Assembly: GCA_002269645.1 (NCBI GenBank)
Contig: NIVC01002892.1
Coordinates: 1-64,000 of the forward strand
Direction: 5' to 3'
Origin: Macrostomum lignano
Lineage: Eukaryota
DNA length: 64,000 nt
Shown: piece after piece, positions 60,121 through 64,000 of the stretch
Layout of the letters: each line of letters starts with the position of its first letter
How positions within the stretch are numbered: position 1 is the stretch's first letter
Translations under genes and position numbers: made by a program
Notes under the pieces: model-generated
Seen by the model: only the letters and a program-made list of their open reading frames with translations
Database searches by the model: none
Told to the model about the DNA's origin: nothing

Positions 60121-60819
60121 ATGAGCTGAATTCTTTATCTTTCTCTATCTATCCAAATTAATAGGGAATCTAGACTATTTTTGACAAGGAGTTTCGAATC
60201 AAATCGAATTCTAAACACCTGGCGACCCGATCCAAGAGAAAAAGTCAAGCCTGTATAGCAAACGGCGGGGTCCCTAGCAACGTCGGAAGTAAAAAAAAAT
60301 AACTTCCAAGGGATCAGAGACAGACGGGCGTGACAAGATTGATGAACACAAAAGGTTCCTATATAGGATAAGGACTTGAGTTTGAGGCTCCCCGCCGATG
60401 CAGGAATGAGCGAGCTCGCTCGGACCTACTCGACTCGAGAGACTGCCTGGCGTGCCGGCCGAAACTGATGGGAGAAGAAGAGATGTGACGAATTGGTGCC
60501 AACGATCCTGCAATTACATCATCTTCAAAGCTGTCTGTCTAAGGGCGTGGTCTGAATCCGTGCGTGTGTCTGTGTGTCTGTTAATGCCATATATATATAT
60601 ATGAACGAGGGAATATATGTACATCATTACATTATTTATAGCGTTGTATTATGTAGTCAGTGGAAAAATACACAACCCTGGCATTTATTTTATGATGATT
60701 CGTAATATTGAAATGAACAATCGGTTTTTGTTTACTTATTTACTTAGTATGATAAAAACTGACAACTATATTACTCGTATATAGCTGCGCATGGCAACTG
60801 GGACAAGGGCATCTCTTCA

Positions 60820-61060
60820 CATCAAGTGGCCTTCTATTCTCATCAAGTGGCGCCTGTATTCACATCAAGTGGCGCCCTCTATTCTCATCAAAGTGGCGCC
60901 TGTATTCACATCAAGTGGCGCCCTCTATTCTCATCAAAGTGGCGCCCTCTATTCTCATCAAGTGGCGCCCTCTATTCACATCAAGTGGCGCCCTCTATTC
61001 ACATCAAGTGGCGCCCTCTATTCTCATCAAGTGGCGCCCTCTATTCACGCCGGTGGCGCC
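60820..61060. repeat. 23-24 bp minisatellite TCAAGTGGCGCCCTCTATTCACA
   Basis: About 9 units. Confidence 0.92.
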
Positions 61061-61954
61061 CCCAGTGCACTCTAAAAAAGGCATTCAATATTGGTCCCTT
61101 GTTCGTCACATGCGATTGTTGTGCTAACATTGCATAACACAGCCAAGAGCCATATTATTTCTCAAATTTAAATACACACTCGGATAAGCCCTATACCTTT
61201 TCAAAGGGAATTATCACTTCGGAATATTTATATACAAGCAAGTGTTAATTGCGCAATCTTTATTGAGCTGTCCTCGCGGAAAATCTCTCAACAAAAATAA
61301 TAGCCTAGATTATTACGCAATCGTGAGTTGCCTAAAATTGATGGTAAATACGAAAATACCGAATGAGCAGCCGCGGTTATCGCATCTGAAAAGTTCGGTT
61401 CTGGTTTAGTTAATGCTGCGGGCCCGGGAGTGGAAAGGTGAGAGAATAGGAGATGAGAGATGAGAGATAAGAGAAAAGAGGAGAGGCAAGAGATAGGATG
61501 ATAAAAAGATAGAGATAGATAGAAAAGATAGCAGTAGCGGATTTGGACGAGCTTGATTTTTTACTTTTTCTTTAGGTAATACAATAGGATATAGGGTAAT
61601 GTTGGGAATGGAATTGGGTATAATGTTGGGAATATAGGATACAGCCAACGTGAGGAATAGAAAATAAATATATTTATAAAATAACTGCTGTGCATATGCT
61701 CGGCTGACCTATAAGAACTGCTTCAAACTTCTTCGTTTATTTGTTTCTTAATAAGGATATTGTCCATCGTCTCTTGTCACTTCGCTTACATTTTACCAGC
61801 CTCTGATTAATCCAATTCGTGTCTATAGCTATACAGGCCTACCTTCGTATCTTCAATCGATCTACTTTTTCAGCACCGGATCCACTTTCTCCACACTCTC
61901 AATTATACTTTCTCCACACTCTTAATCTAACTTACCTACAATCTGAATCTATTT

Positions 61955-64000
61955 CTCCACTCACAGGATCTACTTTCCACTTACAGGATCTACTTTCCAC
62001 TTACATGATCTACTTTCCACTTACATGATCTACTTTCCACTTACATGATCTACTGTCCACTTACAGGATCTACTTTCCACTTACAGGATCTACTTTCCAC
62101 TCACAGGATCTACTTTCCACTTACAGGATCTACTTTCCACTCACAGGATCTACTTTCCACTTACAGGATCTACTTTCCACTCACAGGATCTACTTTCCAC
62201 TCACAGGATCTACTTTCCACTCACAGGATCTACTTTCCACTTACAGGATCTACTTTCCACTCACAGGATCTACTTTCCACTTACAGGATCTACTTTCCAC
62301 TCACAGGATCTACTTTCCACTTACAGGATCTACTTTCCACTTACCTACTTTCCACTTACAGGATCTACTTTCCACTTACAGGATCTACTTTCCACTTACC
62401 TACTTTCCACTCACAGGATCTACTTTCCACTTACAGGATCTACTTTCCACTTACAGGATCTACTTTCCACTTACAGGATCTACTTTCCACTCATCGGTCT
62501 ACTTTTCACTCACCGGATCTACGAGTACTTTCCACTTACAGGATCTACTTTCCACTTACAGGATCTACTTTCCACTTACAGGATCTACTTTCCACTTACC
62601 TACTTTCCACTCACAGGATCTACTTTCCACTTACAGGATCTACTTTCCACTCATGGGTCTACTTTCCACTCATGGGTCTACTTTCCACTTACAGGATCTA
62701 CTTTCCACTTACAGGATCAACTTTCCACTTACAGGATCTACTTTCCACTTACAGGATCTACTTTCCACTCATCGGTCTACTTTTCACTCACCGGATCTAC
62801 GAGTACTTTCCACTCACAGGATCTACTTTCCACTTACAGGATCTACTTTCCACTTACAGGATCTACTTTCCACTCACAGGATCTACTTTCCACTCACAGG
62901 ATCTACTTTCCACTTACAGGATCTACTTTCCACTTACAGGATCTACTTTCCACTTACAGGATCTACTTTCCACTTACCTACTTTCCACTCACAGGATCTA
63001 CTTTCCACTTACAGGATCTACTTTCCACTCATGGGTCTACTTTCCACTCATGGGTCTACTTTCCACTCATGGGTCTACTTTCCACTCATGGGTCTACTTT
63101 CCACTTACAGGATCTACTTTCCACTTACAGGATCAACTTTCCACTTACAGGATCTACTTTCCACTTACAGGATCTACTTTCCACTCATCGGTCTACTTTT
63201 CACTCACCGGATCTACGAGTACTTTCCACTTACAGGATCTACTTTCCACTTACAGGATCTACTTTCCACTTACAGGATCTACTTTCCACTCACAGGATCT
63301 ACTTTCCACTTACAGGATCTACTTTCCACTCATGGGTCTACTTTCCACTCATGGGTCTACTTTCCACTTACAGGATCTACTTTCCACTTACAGGATCTAC
63401 TTTCCACTTACAGGATCTACTTTCCACTTACATGATCTACTTTCCACTTACAGGATCTACTTTCCACTCATGGGTCTACTTTCCACTCATGGGTCTACTT
63501 TCCACTTACAGGATCTACTTTCCACTTACAGGATCAACTTTCCACTTACAGGATCTACTTTCCACTTACAGGATCTACTTTCCACTTACAGGATCTACTT
63601 TCCACTCATGGGTCTACTTTCCACTCATGGGTCTACTTTCCACTTACAGGATCTACTTTCCACTTACAGGATCTACTTTCCACTTACAGGATCAACTTTC
63701 CACTTACAGGATCTACTTTCCACTTACAGGGTCTACTTTTCACTCACCGGATCTACGAGTACTTTCCACTTACAGGATCAACTTTCCACTTACAGGATCT
63801 ACTTTCCACTTACAGGATCAACTTTCCACTTACAGGATCTACTTTCCACTTACAGGATCTACTTTCCACTCATGGGTCTACTTTCCACTCATGGGTCTAC
63901 TTTCCACTTACAGGATCTACTTTCCACTTACAGGATCTACTTTCCACTTACAGGATCTACTTTCCACTTACAGGATCTACTTTCCACTTACAGGATCTAC
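61955..64000. repeat. 20-bp satellite CACTTACAGGATCTACTTTC with recurring variant blocks, truncated by the window end
   Basis: Seen directly. Confidence 0.98.

Noticed and set aside
60215-60520. TGGCGACCC as an LTR-retrotransposon primer-binding site
   Set aside because: No identifiable LTR pair, gag or pol sequence nearby

Overview
Repeat-rich eukaryotic genomic DNA with GT-AG introns. It is metazoan, judging by a Polycomb CBX gene, CEP104 and a Rab27-effector-type gene; GC-rich long exons and minisatellite-filled introns suggest a Macrostomum-like flatworm (inference only). Five host genes are recognisable: a Slp/rabphilin-type Rab effector (minus strand, 5' part only), an intronless R3H-SUZ protein (minus), CEP104 (4 exons), RPS6 (intronless CDS) and a Polycomb/CBX protein (5 exons, about 1025 aa). 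Mobile DNA comprises an intact DD34D mariner, a fossil mariner, a long-TIR Tc1/mariner deletion derivative, several hAT-type MITEs with TSDs, two head-to-head non-autonomous Helitrons carrying satellite arrays, and two copies of a tRNA-derived SINE. About 20 distinct micro/minisatellites explain most of the long ORFs in the track. The most striking unexplained signal is a sharply bounded ~15 kb block (about 13.65-28.4 kb) between two divergent genes. It is almost free of CpG, and its transposon relics carry heavy C>T/G>A hypermutation including many CpA>TpA changes, reminiscent of fungal repeat-induced point mutation. The second notable oddity is a CBX protein whose Pc box lies mid-protein, followed by ~480 aa ending in a PMDLS motif. 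All counts and alignments were done by eye.
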